A stretch of 64,000 bases of DNA from Eubacteriales bacterium (lineage in GTDB: Bacteria; Bacillota; Clostridia; Oscillospirales; CAG-272). The notes beneath the pieces were generated by a model. It ran no database searches. It was not told the origin of the DNA and saw nothing but the letters and a program-made list of their open reading frames with translations. The position numbers and the translations under genes are program-made. The stretch is taken from assembly GCA_045543615.1 (NCBI GenBank), contig JAZPXL010000020.1, positions 14,107 through 78,106 on the forward strand, read 5' to 3'. This document shows, piece by piece, positions 28,966 through 39,442 of the stretch. Each line of letters opens with the position of its first letter. Position 1 is the stretch's first letter.

Positions 28966-31473
28966 ATGATTAAAATGTTCAGAAATACAAAGTGCATAAT
29001 CAGCAGAGCAGTAGCAATGCTTCTTCTGCTCGTTATGCTTTCGCTTCAGCTTATGGCTTGTGATCCCGAAGGTGATCCAAGTGACACAACGGCTGACGAT
29101 AATACTACACAAGAGGTAACAGATAACGTGCAAGTACCCGATAATGGTGCTATCATCACCGTAGCAGGTGGTTTTAAGCAGGATGGCACAGAGCTTTACA
29201 CAAATGTAACAAGCAAGGATGCGAGCTTTGATTTTGCTTCTCGCATTGAGGTTTCCAAGATTGCAAAATGGGAAATCTACAAGGACGCAGACACAACAGA
29301 TCTCATTGACGGCAAAGAGGTAACTCTTACCGAGGGTGAGAACTCCTATTACATCAAGGTACATCGTGACGAAAACGTCACAACCTACCACGCAGTTGTC
29401 AACTATCACGAGGCTTGCTTTGTTGAGTTCTATTCAAGCTCCAAGGTTAAGGTCGAAACGCAGATGGTTGATGTTGGTGGAAGCGCAAAAGTACCCACAA
29501 CTCCCGTTAAGACAGGCTTTACATTTGATGGATGGTATCTTGACGGCGTAAAATACGATTTTGCAACAAAAGTAAACGAAGACATTACCCTTATTGCTCA
29601 TTGGACAAAGGATGATAACACTTTCGTTTCTTCAAACACACAAGTGCCTGTATTCGACACACTTGATGCATCCCTCCATATAGTATGGAAGGATTATGCT
29701 GACAATCTCAAACTTCGTCCTGAGAGTGTTAAGTGCATTCTTACCCAGACAGTTGACGGTAGCGAGAATGTTTACGAGATAGTTCTCACCGAAAAGTCAG
29801 CTAAATGGGCAACAGGAACAACAGTTCCCACAGGTGCTGAGCTTACAAGAGGTGAGGGTGGCGATTGGACACTCTACATAAGAAATCTTCCCAAGGAAGT
29901 TGGTGGCAAGGCTTGCTCCTACACACTCGTGCAGGAAGCTTTGAGTGGCAACTACACCACGCTTCAGGGCGCAAGCGCAGTAACAAATACCATCCGTGGT
30001 TATGTTCCATCAATTGACTCAACAGCTGCACTTACAACACGCAACAGCCGTTTCTACGATAAGGCCGGCAATATGATAGTTCTCAACGGTGTTGTAACTA
30101 TCAACGTTGGTAACGCAACATATCACACCGATATTTCCACAAGAGCACTTGATAAGCTCAAGGCTATTGGCGTAAACGCAATCAGAGTTACAGCTCAGAT
30201 CGTTGGTGATGTCGGATACGGTTATGTTTACTTCAACAACGGCTCTGCAAGAACGGGCGATTATAATGACAGCAACGCAAAGAGACATTCTGAGGCTGAT
30301 CGCAAGCTTATGATTGAGAGCCTTGATTATGCTATCAAGAACGCCACAGAGTTGGGTATGTATATCGTAATCGACTGGGGTATTCTTACCTCCAATCCTA
30401 TGCAGTATGTTGAAGAGGCAAGCGAATTCTTCGGTATTCTTGCTGAAAAGCATAAGGACAATCCTTATGTTCTCTTTGAGATCTGTAACGAGCCTCAGGC
30501 AACCTGGGGTAACGCAAACGGTCCTCAGAACAGCATTAAGAACTATGCAGAGAAGATTATCGAGGTTGTTCGCTCTAAAGGTTCCGATGCAATAGTTATC
30601 GTTGCTCCCAACAACTGTGCAACAGCACTTTCTGCGTTCACAGGCCCTGTTGCAGGTGATGACCCAATTGATATGCCTCTTGATGATGAGCACGCATACA
30701 ATGTTGCTTATACATTCCACTGCTATCCTTACAACTACAAGTATACCACATACAGCTGGAAGCTGCGTGATGCATACGAGGCAGGCTATACAGTTGTTGT
30801 AACAGAGTTCAGCCCGATGGACGGCACATTTGACAACCCCGACAAGCTGACATACGATATGCAGGAATCTGCAAAGTATCTCCGTCAGTTCAGAGAGTAC
30901 AATTACAACTTCTTCTACTTCCGTTATACATCAATGCAGTACAACAATGACAGCATTGCAAACTATAAGGAAACTATGATGTTTGTTCCCAACGTCAACC
31001 TCATCACAAAGAACTGGACACGTGACGATCTTACAGTATGCGGCAAGTGGTTCTACGATTATATGACAGGCGACGGCGTATTTGCACCTGCAGACTTCAC
31101 AACAACACAGAAGAAGCCTCTTATGCAGGAATACAAGGACAAATACCTCAAGGACTTTGGACTTTCCGTTGTATTCCCCGGCTTTGCAATCAGCGCAAAG
31201 GAAATGGGCAACGCTGAGTTCTTCAGCATTGGCAAGGAGGACACACTTGAGGATCGTCAGTACCATTACTACTGCTACCTTATTTACTCTCAGATTGCAA
31301 ATAAGGTTGGAGCTAATAATGTAAGTGGTGCTGATATGAACACGCTTCCTACCGATAAAGCAACACCTATGATTCTTAATTATCGTCTTGCAAATGTTAA
31401 CCATACTGTATCAGTAATGTACGGCACGAGTAATGACGGAAGCGAGTTCGGAATCACAATAATTCTTAAATAA
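28966..31473 (+). CDS. GH5 glycoside hydrolase lipoprotein with InlB B-repeat and Cna-B-like domains
   Basis: Lipobox LMAC; PVKTGFTFDGWY; WKD...RPESV; catalytic FEICNEP and VVTEF. Confidence 0.8.
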   Translation: MIKMFRNTKCIISRAVAMLLLLVMLSLQLMACDPEGDPSDTTADDNTTQEVTDNVQVPDNGAIITVAGGFKQDGTELYTNVTSKDASFDFASRIEVSKIAKWEIYKDADTTDLIDGKEVTLTEGENSYYIKVHRDENVTTYHAVVNYHEACFVEFYSSSKVKVETQMVDVGGSAKVPTTPVKTGFTFDGWYLDGVKYDFATKVNEDITLIAHWTKDDNTFVSSNTQVPVFDTLDASLHIVWKDYADNLKLRPESVKCILTQTVDGSENVYEIVLTEKSAKWATGTTVPTGAELTRGEGGDWTLYIRNLPKEVGGKACSYTLVQEALSGNYTTLQGASAVTNTIRGYVPSIDSTAALTTRNSRFYDKAGNMIVLNGVVTINVGNATYHTDISTRALDKLKAIGVNAIRVTAQIVGDVGYGYVYFNNGSARTGDYNDSNAKRHSEADRKLMIESLDYAIKNATELGMYIVIDWGILTSNPMQYVEEASEFFGILAEKHKDNPYVLFEICNEPQATWGNANGPQNSIKNYAEKIIEVVRSKGSDAIVIVAPNNCATALSAFTGPVAGDDPIDMPLDDEHAYNVAYTFHCYPYNYKYTTYSWKLRDAYEAGYTVVVTEFSPMDGTFDNPDKLTYDMQESAKYLRQFREYNYNFFYFRYTSMQYNNDSIANYKETMMFVPNVNLITKNWTRDDLTVCGKWFYDYMTGDGVFAPADFTTTQKKPLMQEYKDKYLKDFGLSVVFPGFAISAKEMGNAEFFSIGKEDTLEDRQYHYYCYLIYSQIANKVGANNVSGADMNTLPTDKATPMILNYRLANVNHTVSVMYGTSNDGSEFGITIILK

Positions 31474-31499
31474 CAAGTATCTCGAAAGGAAAAAAGAAA

Positions 31500-32486
31500 A
31501 TGAAAGCAGTTCTTGTAACTAAAGACAATCATCTTGTCTGGTCGGATGTACCGGATCCCGTTATAAAGAGCGAGGAAGTGCTTGTAGAAATACACGCAGC
31601 CGCACTCAACCGTGCTGACCTTATGCAGAGAGAGGGTACATATCCTCCCCCTCCCGGTTGTCCTGAGTGGATGGGCCTTGAAATCGCAGGTATCATCGTT
31701 AAGATGGGCGACGAGGCAGCAGAGAAGTCAAGCTTCAAGGTAGGCGACAAGGTTTGCGCGCTCCTTGGTGGTGGCGGATACGCTGAGTATGTTTCTGTTA
31801 AGTACGATATGCTTATGCCTGTTCCTGAGGGATGCTCTATGGTTGAAGCAGCAGCTCTTCCCGAGGCATTTGCAACAGCATACCTCAACCTCTTCTGGGA
31901 GGGCGGCCTCAAGGAAGGCGACACACTTCTTATGCACGCAGGTGCAAGTGGACTTGCAAGCGTTATCATTCCGATGGCAAAGGCTTTCGGTGCAAGAGTT
32001 ATCACAACAGTTCTTTCCGACGAGCTTGCAGAGAGAATTGCTCCCCTCGGTGCTGACATTGTTGTTAACACAACAAAGACACCTATCGAGGAAGTTCTCA
32101 AGGCTGAGATGGAAGCAGGCAGAGCCGTTGACATCGCTATCGACTGTCTCGGCGGCGAGATGATGGGTCGCTCGCTCCATTACCTCAAGTACGGCGCACG
32201 TTGGATTATGATCGCAACACTTGCAGGCGATATGACACAGGTTGACCTGCGCAACGTCTTCGTTCGCAACGTTCGCATTATCGGAAGCACACTTCGTTCA
32301 AAGACACCCGAGAGAAAGGCAGTTATTCTTGCAAATCTCGTTCGTGATATCTGGCCCAAGATCGAATCCCGTGAGCTTCTTCCCACAATCTACAAGGTAC
32401 TGCCCATAACACAGGCAGAGGAGGCTCAGGCTATCCTTTACAGCGGCAAGCACAGCGGTAAGGTTGTTATGACAGTTGAGCACTGA
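31500..32486 (+). CDS. NAD(P)H-quinone oxidoreductase, PIG3 family
   Basis: ALNRADLMQREGTYPPPPG, GLEIAG, GSTLRS. Confidence 0.9.
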   Translation: MKAVLVTKDNHLVWSDVPDPVIKSEEVLVEIHAAALNRADLMQREGTYPPPPGCPEWMGLEIAGIIVKMGDEAAEKSSFKVGDKVCALLGGGGYAEYVSVKYDMLMPVPEGCSMVEAAALPEAFATAYLNLFWEGGLKEGDTLLMHAGASGLASVIIPMAKAFGARVITTVLSDELAERIAPLGADIVVNTTKTPIEEVLKAEMEAGRAVDIAIDCLGGEMMGRSLHYLKYGARWIMIATLAGDMTQVDLRNVFVRNVRIIGSTLRSKTPERKAVILANLVRDIWPKIESRELLPTIYKVLPITQAEEAQAILYSGKHSGKVVMTVEH

Positions 32487-32497
32487 GCTCTCAAATA

Positions 32498-32533
32498 GAA
32501 AAGCCATTTGCCAAAGGCAAATGGCTTTTCTCT
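32498..32533 (+). terminator. Intrinsic terminator
   Basis: gaaaagccatttgcc-aaa-ggcaaatggcttttc. Confidence 0.8.
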
Positions 32534-32627
32534 ATTGCACACAAAAAAGTTGACAACGATGGGCAACAATGTTATAATAAAACTAATCCAAGAAGCATAA
32601 CCGAAGAATTCTTACGGAGAGAGAACG

Positions 32628-33221
32628 ATGTATAAAAAATTCGTCAAGAGAATACTTGACATATTGCTTGCAATAATATTGCTGATAATATTATTCATAC
32701 CGATGGTTGTCATCGGGATAATAATCAAGCTCGACTCGCCCGGCCCTGTGTTTTTCAGGCAACGGCGTCTTGGCAAGGACAAAAAGGAATTCGGAATGAT
32801 AAAATTCCGATCAATGTCAACGCTTGCGCCCAAATATACTCCAAAGCATCAGCTTAGGGATGCAGAGAGCTATATCAGTCCATTTGGGCGATTTATCAGA
32901 CGTTATTCAATAGACGAGCTTCCACAGCTCTTCAATATCATAGGAGGCAGTATGAGCTTTGTTGGCCCTCGTCCTGCTCTCTATAATCAGTATGACCTAA
33001 TTGAAGCAAGGGACAGATACGGCGCAAACTCGCTGACACCGGGACTTAGTGGCTGGGCGCAGATAAACGGCAGGGACGAGATTGACACGGAAAGAAAAGC
33101 AGCTCTTGACGGAGAGTATCTTGAAAAGCAGAGCTTCCTTTTTGATCTTAGGTGCCTATTGCGTACTGTCAGGGTAGTTCTTTTTGCCGAGGGTGTTGTT
33201 GAGGGAGATGGAGAAGAATGA
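32628..33221 (+). CDS. Bacterial sugar transferase (undecaprenyl-phosphate phosphoglycosyltransferase)
   Basis: KRILDI, KFRSM, DELPQLFN, MSFVGPRP, PGLSGWAQI. Confidence 0.92.
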   Translation: MYKKFVKRILDILLAIILLIILFIPMVVIGIIIKLDSPGPVFFRQRRLGKDKKEFGMIKFRSMSTLAPKYTPKHQLRDAESYISPFGRFIRRYSIDELPQLFNIIGGSMSFVGPRPALYNQYDLIEARDRYGANSLTPGLSGWAQINGRDEIDTERKAALDGEYLEKQSFLFDLRCLLRTVRVVLFAEGVVEGDGEE

Positions 33222-33352
33222 ACTCATTGTTTGTCCCTGAGACTTACGATGAGTTTTTCTTTTGCGCAAAAGAGATAAAAATGCCACGGAGGTATGGAAA
33301 AAAAGAGAAATTTGTGCTATAATAGTAAAAAACAAAAGCGAAGGATGGCGTT

Positions 33353-34198
33353 ATGGAAAAGTATTGCGATCTTCATACACACTCCGTTTTCTCCGACGGC
33401 ACATACACGCCAAGCGAAATTGTTGATGCAGCAGAAGAGGCAGGTCTGTCTGCTGTCGCCTTGACCGACCACAACACAACCCTGGGACTTGATGAATTTT
33501 TGTCAGCTTCACGGGGACGAGGAGTTTTTGCGATAGCCGGAATTGAGCTTTCGACAGAGTGGAGGGGTAAGGAATTGCATATTGTCTCGCTTTTTCTTCC
33601 GAGAGAGAGCTTTAGAATGGTTGAAGATATGCTTGCCGAGAGAAACGAGATGAAGAAAGATGCCAATCGACGTCTTGTTGCAGCACTTCGGGCAGACGGA
33701 TACCAAATCGACTATGATGAGATAGCACGTCATACCGAGGGTTATATCAACAGAGCTCATATTGCAAGAGCTCTTATGGAGATGGGGTATGTAAGCAGTA
33801 TCAAGGAGGCGTTTTCGACTCTTCTTGCAGAGGGACGGGGTTATTATGTGCCACCATCACTTATTGATGCGTGTGACGGCATAGAGTTTCTGAAATCCGC
33901 AGGCTCTGTAACTGTGTTGGCTCATCCATTTTTAAATCTGAGCGAGAGCGAGCTTGAGGCTTTTTTGCCGATTGCAAAAGAGCGAGGACTTGATGCTATC
34001 GAGACGCATTATTCGCTTTTTAGCGAAGAAGAAACTGCAATTGCCACCCAAAAAGCTTACCGTTATGAACTATACGAGAGTGGTGGCAGCGATTTTCACG
34101 GAAACAATAAGCCCGATATAGCGATTGGCAGAGGACGGGGAGAGATGAGAGTTCCATACACTTTTGTCACAAAGCTTGAGAGCTTGATATCAAAATAA
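33353..34198 (+). CDS. PHP domain phosphoesterase (TrpH/YciV-like)
   Basis: DLHTHS..SDG, TDHN, AHP, GGSDFHG. Confidence 0.9.
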   Translation: MEKYCDLHTHSVFSDGTYTPSEIVDAAEEAGLSAVALTDHNTTLGLDEFLSASRGRGVFAIAGIELSTEWRGKELHIVSLFLPRESFRMVEDMLAERNEMKKDANRRLVAALRADGYQIDYDEIARHTEGYINRAHIARALMEMGYVSSIKEAFSTLLAEGRGYYVPPSLIDACDGIEFLKSAGSVTVLAHPFLNLSESELEAFLPIAKERGLDAIETHYSLFSEEETAIATQKAYRYELYESGGSDFHGNNKPDIAIGRGRGEMRVPYTFVTKLESLISK

Positions 34199-34212
34199 AA
34201 AAGGAGAGGAAA

Positions 34213-35241
34213 ATGAAAAGATATTTGTTGCCCGAAGAGGGACAGTTTTACAAGGCAAATTTGCATTGTCACACAACGGTAAGTGACGGAAAGAGAACAC
34301 CCGAGCAGGTCAAAGCTATTTATAAAAGCAAGGGATACTCGATAGTTGCATATACCGACCACAATGTTATGATACCACATCACGAGCTTGACGACGGAGA
34401 GTTTTTGGCTCTTACGGGCTTTGAATATGATGTTGCAGAGAGTGGCACAACACCCGGTAATACCCGCAAATGCTGTCACATTTGCTTTATTGCGCTTGAT
34501 CGTGACAATCACACACAGCCATTTTGGAACAGACAAAGGTATGTTTGGGGCAACGCCTGCAATTATATTCCCCGGGTTGTGTTTGATGAGAGCGAGCCTG
34601 ACGCCGTCCGTGTGTATAGTGGCGAGGCTATAAGTAAGGTTATGACCGAGGGAAGAGAGAAGGGCTTTTTCGTTACATACAACCATCCGACCTGGTCGAG
34701 AGAGGTTTATACGGACTATGTTGAGTACAGAGGTATGAGTGCCTTTGAGATGTTCAACGGCTCTTGTATTTCAATGGGATACAATGACTACAACCCCCGT
34801 GTGTATGACGATCTGCTTCACGCAGGTATTCGTGCGTATGCCATAGGTGCTGACGACAACCACAACGCACATCCCGACAATTCAAGACGCTCGGACTCGG
34901 GCGTTTCTTGGACCTGCATAAAGGCTGAGAGACTTGAATATTCAGCCGTTACAAAAGCTCTTGCAGATGGTCATTTTTACAGCTCCGAAGGCCCTGAGAT
35001 TTTCGAGCTTTGGTTTGAGGACGGAGAGGTTCATATTCGCACCTCGCCCGTTGACAGAATTGAATGCGTGTACGGCGTGCGCAAGGCAAGGGTTGAGCTG
35101 AACGAGGATGGCTCGTCCATCACCGAGGCTGTGTTCCCATTCACACCCGAGCAGGGATATTTCCGACTGACCGTCAAGGACGCTTGCGGCAAGGTTGCTT
35201 GTACAAATGCGTACTTTGCAGATGAGCTTTACGGAGAGTAA
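34213..35241 (+). CDS. PHP domain metallohydrolase
   Basis: NLHCHTTVSDG, TDHN, NHP, DDNH. Confidence 0.85.
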   Translation: MKRYLLPEEGQFYKANLHCHTTVSDGKRTPEQVKAIYKSKGYSIVAYTDHNVMIPHHELDDGEFLALTGFEYDVAESGTTPGNTRKCCHICFIALDRDNHTQPFWNRQRYVWGNACNYIPRVVFDESEPDAVRVYSGEAISKVMTEGREKGFFVTYNHPTWSREVYTDYVEYRGMSAFEMFNGSCISMGYNDYNPRVYDDLLHAGIRAYAIGADDNHNAHPDNSRRSDSGVSWTCIKAERLEYSAVTKALADGHFYSSEGPEIFELWFEDGEVHIRTSPVDRIECVYGVRKARVELNEDGSSITEAVFPFTPEQGYFRLTVKDACGKVACTNAYFADELYGE

Positions 35242-35293
35242 ATTTCAAAACAAAAGAAGCAAGAGATAATCTCTTGCTTCTTTTTTGCTTGCT

Positions 35294-36907
35294 TTATTTT
35301 TTCGGTGCTGCAAATAAGAACTTGTGGCAGATATTGTTTGAATCAATGAGGATTATAAAGTCAGATGTTGTGATTTTGTCATTTGTGTAGCCTGTGATAT
35401 TGGCAAGGAAAACACCGGTGTGGTTGTAGTAAGCACATTCGCCGCTATCGCTATTGTAAAACGTATAGAAATAAGTGGAGCTTTGGAAGCTGTCGTATGT
35501 ACCGCCGTTGCCGAAGGTGGCTATCTGCTCAACTGCGCCTGATGCAAATCTGTACACCACGTCGGGAGAGGAGCTGTCCTTGCCCTTTGCGATGATATAT
35601 GCATATTCGTTGTATGCGCTGTCAACAGTTGCGCCGTTTGCCTCAAGGTCATAAACAACGTTTCCTCCAAGGTCATATATTGCCTTTGCGTTGTAAAAAT
35701 AGTTGTAGTTGCAGATGAATTTGTATTCGCTTGAAACTCTTGCAAGCACCTTGCCCTTGGCGTTGAGGAGAACTCTGCAGCCCTGTGAGTCGGAGATAAG
35801 AAATCTGTCGCGGCCGACCATCTGAGGAATTTCATCGTATCCGTCAACGGTGAGATATTTGCCAAGCTTTCCACCATTTGACATAAGTGCTATTTCGTAA
35901 CTGTCGCTATCTGTGTTAAGGCATTTGTTTTCGTCGATTTCTGCGAAGATAGCGATATTTTCAATACCTTTCTTTAGATAGGAGTTTCCTTGGGAGGAAA
36001 AAACATCGGCAGAAACTGCATTGTAAAGCACAAAGCTTGCATCAAGTTCGCTTGTTTTGCCGTTCTTGGCTTCAATCAGGAGGGTTACAAGGTCATACTT
36101 CTTGCTTGAAAAGAAAACATCATATTTATTGGCGTCGGAGGGAAGCTCTGCAAAATACTGTACGAAAACGTTTCCGTTTTGAAGCAGGACTATCTGGCTT
36201 CTGTATGCGTAGCTTGGGAGAACGTACTCGGTGATTGCGCCAAAATTCTCGTCATAGATAACAACGCCATTGCTGTCGATATCGAAATAACGATTACCAA
36301 CGTAGTCGGTGATGGAGGGGAAGCCTGTGAAGGTATAGCTTGACTTGAGGGAAAGCGTGCCGTCTTTGTTCTCTGAGTAGAGATTGTTTTCGATCGCAAT
36401 AAGAGCGTCACCGAAGCGTTTTGTTTTTGCCCAGACAAGATCGGAGAGCTGCGATTTGCTTAGATATGTTGTGTCGATATTCTTGATTTCCCAAACAAGA
36501 GTACCGTTTATATCGTAGAAACATAGAGAGCCCTCGTTTTCGCTTAAAGCAACGACGGCATAGATGTAATCAAAGCTTGTGTTTGCAAAAGCATAATATG
36601 TGGTGTGTGCATCAACGAGGGTAGTTATAGTCTGCATTGTTGAGAGATTGACAATTCTCGTTGTGTTTCTGTAATCGGATGACTGCTCGGTAAACACTCC
36701 GATGTTGTCATTATAGCTATCAAGAGCACCGAAAACACCGGCATTCTGATAAACCGTGGGAACTTTTACTTCATTCTCCCACTTTGTATTGTAGATGTCA
36801 CCAATGACGGATTTTGTGGTTGGCGAGGATGAGCAGGATGCGAGGGTTGTAATGAGCAGGGCGAGCGCAAAGATTGCGCATAAAATTGATAATGTCTTGT
36901 TTTTCAT
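35294..36907 (-). CDS. Hypothetical lipoprotein (beta-rich)
   Basis: Lipobox LASC; RBS GGAGG. Confidence 0.7.
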   Translation of the reverse strand: MKNKTLSILCAIFALALLITTLASCSSSPTTKSVIGDIYNTKWENEVKVPTVYQNAGVFGALDSYNDNIGVFTEQSSDYRNTTRIVNLSTMQTITTLVDAHTTYYAFANTSFDYIYAVVALSENEGSLCFYDINGTLVWEIKNIDTTYLSKSQLSDLVWAKTKRFGDALIAIENNLYSENKDGTLSLKSSYTFTGFPSITDYVGNRYFDIDSNGVVIYDENFGAITEYVLPSYAYRSQIVLLQNGNVFVQYFAELPSDANKYDVFFSSKKYDLVTLLIEAKNGKTSELDASFVLYNAVSADVFSSQGNSYLKKGIENIAIFAEIDENKCLNTDSDSYEIALMSNGGKLGKYLTVDGYDEIPQMVGRDRFLISDSQGCRVLLNAKGKVLARVSSEYKFICNYNYFYNAKAIYDLGGNVVYDLEANGATVDSAYNEYAYIIAKGKDSSSPDVVYRFASGAVEQIATFGNGGTYDSFQSSTYFYTFYNSDSGECAYYNHTGVFLANITGYTNDKITTSDFIILIDSNNICHKFLFAAPKK

Positions 36908-36969
36908 TATTTTCCTCCATAAATTTTTATCAGTATATCATAAAAATATCCAAAAGTCAACGAAAAAGC

Positions 36970-38478
36970 TCACAAGCTGTCGCATTCTGTGCGCTCAAGC
37001 TCCAAGATCACCTTTGGAATTGATGAAACCGTGTCGGATGCTATCATACTTATTGAGCCATACTGCTCCTCGGCGATCTCGCCCGCTCTGCCGCAGATAA
37101 ATGCAGCGAGAGCTGTGGCAATTGTTGTGTCCTTGTTGCACCAACCACAAGTGGCGGCAAGCACTCCTGAGAGAACGTCCCCACTACCTGCAGTTGCCAT
37201 TCCGGCACATCCACGCTCAACAATAAAGACTCGCTCTCCGTCACTTATTATGGTCGACGGGCCTTTGAGAAGCAGGGTACAGCCTATGCGAGTTGCGTAT
37301 TGAATAACTGATGGGATGGGATCGTTTACTATCTCGGATATGTTTTTTCCACACAGACGGGAGAACTCCATATTGTGAGGTGTAAGAATTATCCTCGCCC
37401 CAGATGACTTGATTGTTTCCTCGTCTATTGTGGATAATGCGTTAAGTCCGTCTGCGTCAATAATCAGCACGCCGTGGTAGTGTTTAAGCAGATAGAGGAG
37501 AATGTCACGGCAAGCACCCGAAAGACCTATACCCATTCCGATAGCAATTACCTTTGAGCGACGGATAAGGGTGTCGATTTCATCTTTATTGAAAGCAACC
37601 TCGCCGTCCTTGTGCGAGAGGGGGAAGAGCGTTGCTTCAAGTATGTTTGGAATGATATAGTCAGCTATGGCAGAGGGTGCGGCAATTGTTGCAACGCCTG
37701 CCCCACTTCTCATAGCGGCGTTTGCCATTGATGAAAGCCTGATAGCTCCACTGTATTTTGACGAGCCACCGATTAGCGTGATATATCCATAGGTTGATTT
37801 GTTGGAATAATTGGCTCTTGGAGTGCAGATGCGTGCCGCATCGGCTGTCTCAAAGAGCTTGTATGGAGGATGGATGGGCGTGATGCCAATGGGGACATTG
37901 ATTTTTTTCTTCATATAGTCCTTTGCCATACCGAGAAAATGACCTGACTTGTATGAGCCTATCGACACGGTAAGGTCGGAATGGACGGCAAGCGTGCTCA
38001 TTCCGCTGTCACCACCAAGGCCGCTGTTAATGTCAACCGAGACAACAAATGAACCACTTGTGTTTATAGCCTCGATTGCAGTTTTTGCAATACCCTCTGC
38101 CTCTCCGCGAAAGCCTGTTCCGAATATGCAATCGACGAGCGTTTTGTAGCCTTTGAGGTCGGTTTCGCTACTGAAAAAGGAGTACGGCACGCCACTCGCC
38201 ACAGCTTCATCAAAGAAAAACTTTCCGTCGGGTGAGAAACGGTCTTCAAGCAAAAAAATATGGCAGTCGATGCCGTCCTTCAAGAGAGCCGATGCGACAA
38301 CAAATCCGTCACCTGCGTTGTTGCCGACTCCACAAACTATTCCGACAGGTGCTCTCCATTCCACGCATTTCTTCACCGAGAGGCCTGCCCTCTGCATAAG
38401 CGTGCGTGATGGAACGCCACCCTCTATGGTTGCTCTGTCGCTCTCCCTCATATTTTTAGTTGATAGAATATCAGTCAT
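36970..38478 (-). CDS. nnr: Bifunctional NAD(P)HX epimerase/dehydratase
   Basis: GVGNNAGDG, DCIFGTG, IDADG, TPH..EF, MATAGSGDVLSG. Confidence 0.92.
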   Translation of the reverse strand: MTDILSTKNMRESDRATIEGGVPSRTLMQRAGLSVKKCVEWRAPVGIVCGVGNNAGDGFVVASALLKDGIDCHIFLLEDRFSPDGKFFFDEAVASGVPYSFFSSETDLKGYKTLVDCIFGTGFRGEAEGIAKTAIEAINTSGSFVVSVDINSGLGGDSGMSTLAVHSDLTVSIGSYKSGHFLGMAKDYMKKKINVPIGITPIHPPYKLFETADAARICTPRANYSNKSTYGYITLIGGSSKYSGAIRLSSMANAAMRSGAGVATIAAPSAIADYIIPNILEATLFPLSHKDGEVAFNKDEIDTLIRRSKVIAIGMGIGLSGACRDILLYLLKHYHGVLIIDADGLNALSTIDEETIKSSGARIILTPHNMEFSRLCGKNISEIVNDPIPSVIQYATRIGCTLLLKGPSTIISDGERVFIVERGCAGMATAGSGDVLSGVLAATCGWCNKDTTIATALAAFICGRAGEIAEEQYGSISMIASDTVSSIPKVILELERTECDSL

Positions 38479-38588
38479 TTTTCTGCCTCCGTTTCGTCTG
38501 CTTGCATTATACCACACAAAGCGTGTGTTGTCAAGAAATGGCGAAAACGAGCAGTCGGATATCCGACTGCTCGTCTATATGCAAATAA

Positions 38589-39404
38589 TTATTTGTCCTC
38601 AGTAAGTCCAAGCTGCTCGAATACAGGAGGCCATACGTTTGAGTTCGGGCCTATTTTGCCTTCTGCAAGAAGAGTGGAGTAGCGAGAGGTACGGTGAGGG
38701 CAATCGTCTTTGTATGCGTAACCGGGCTTTGAGGGTGCGCACCAATAAACTGCGTTGGTGATTATGCGCTGAACATAAGGATTGTAGAATGAGGGACAGG
38801 TTTCGTGACCGGGCTGGAAGTAGAAGATCTTACCTGCGTCACGGAGGAATGTCATACCTGAACGGAAGATGCAGCCGTCCTCATACCAGCCACCGAAGAT
38901 GAGCTCATCGGGCTGAGGAATGAAGAAGGGCTCTGCGTAAAGCTCCTCGGATTCAATGAAGAAACAGTCGGGAATACCTGCTGCGATGGGGTGAGTGGGA
39001 AGCATATTCCACATAATTTCTTTCTGATTACGTCCCCAAGAAAGATTACCCGTTGTGCCGATGATAGCACGGAAGGGCTTTGAATGGTGAGCAGAGTGGA
39101 GAGCGATGAAACCCATCTTTCCGAGATAAACTCTGCGCTGAATGCGAGTTACAAGCGCATCATCAACCTCACCGTGTGCCATATGTCCCCACCAAATGAG
39201 AACATCGGTGTTATCGAGCACCTCGGGAGGAAGTCCCTGATCGGGATCGTCAAGGGCTGCAAGTGTTATCTCAAGATCCTCGTTTACGGAGAGGAACTCC
39301 TTGATGGTTGAGTGCAGACCGTTAGGATAGAGAGCCATAGCTTCAGGGTGACTCTTCTCGTGTCTGAACTCGTTCCATATGGTTACTCTGATTTTGTTTT
39401 CCAT
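38589..39404 (-). CDS. ThuA (trehalose-utilisation-like) domain protein
   Basis: VTIWNEFRHE, WWGHMAH, LHSAH, YFQPGHET. Confidence 0.88.
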   Translation of the reverse strand: MENKIRVTIWNEFRHEKSHPEAMALYPNGLHSTIKEFLSVNEDLEITLAALDDPDQGLPPEVLDNTDVLIWWGHMAHGEVDDALVTRIQRRVYLGKMGFIALHSAHHSKPFRAIIGTTGNLSWGRNQKEIMWNMLPTHPIAAGIPDCFFIESEELYAEPFFIPQPDELIFGGWYEDGCIFRSGMTFLRDAGKIFYFQPGHETCPSFYNPYVQRIITNAVYWCAPSKPGYAYKDDCPHRTSRYSTLLAEGKIGPNSNVWPPVFEQLGLTEDK

Positions 39405-39442
39405 TGTTTTTCTCCTTATGTGGTATATGGATATTTTTGTTT

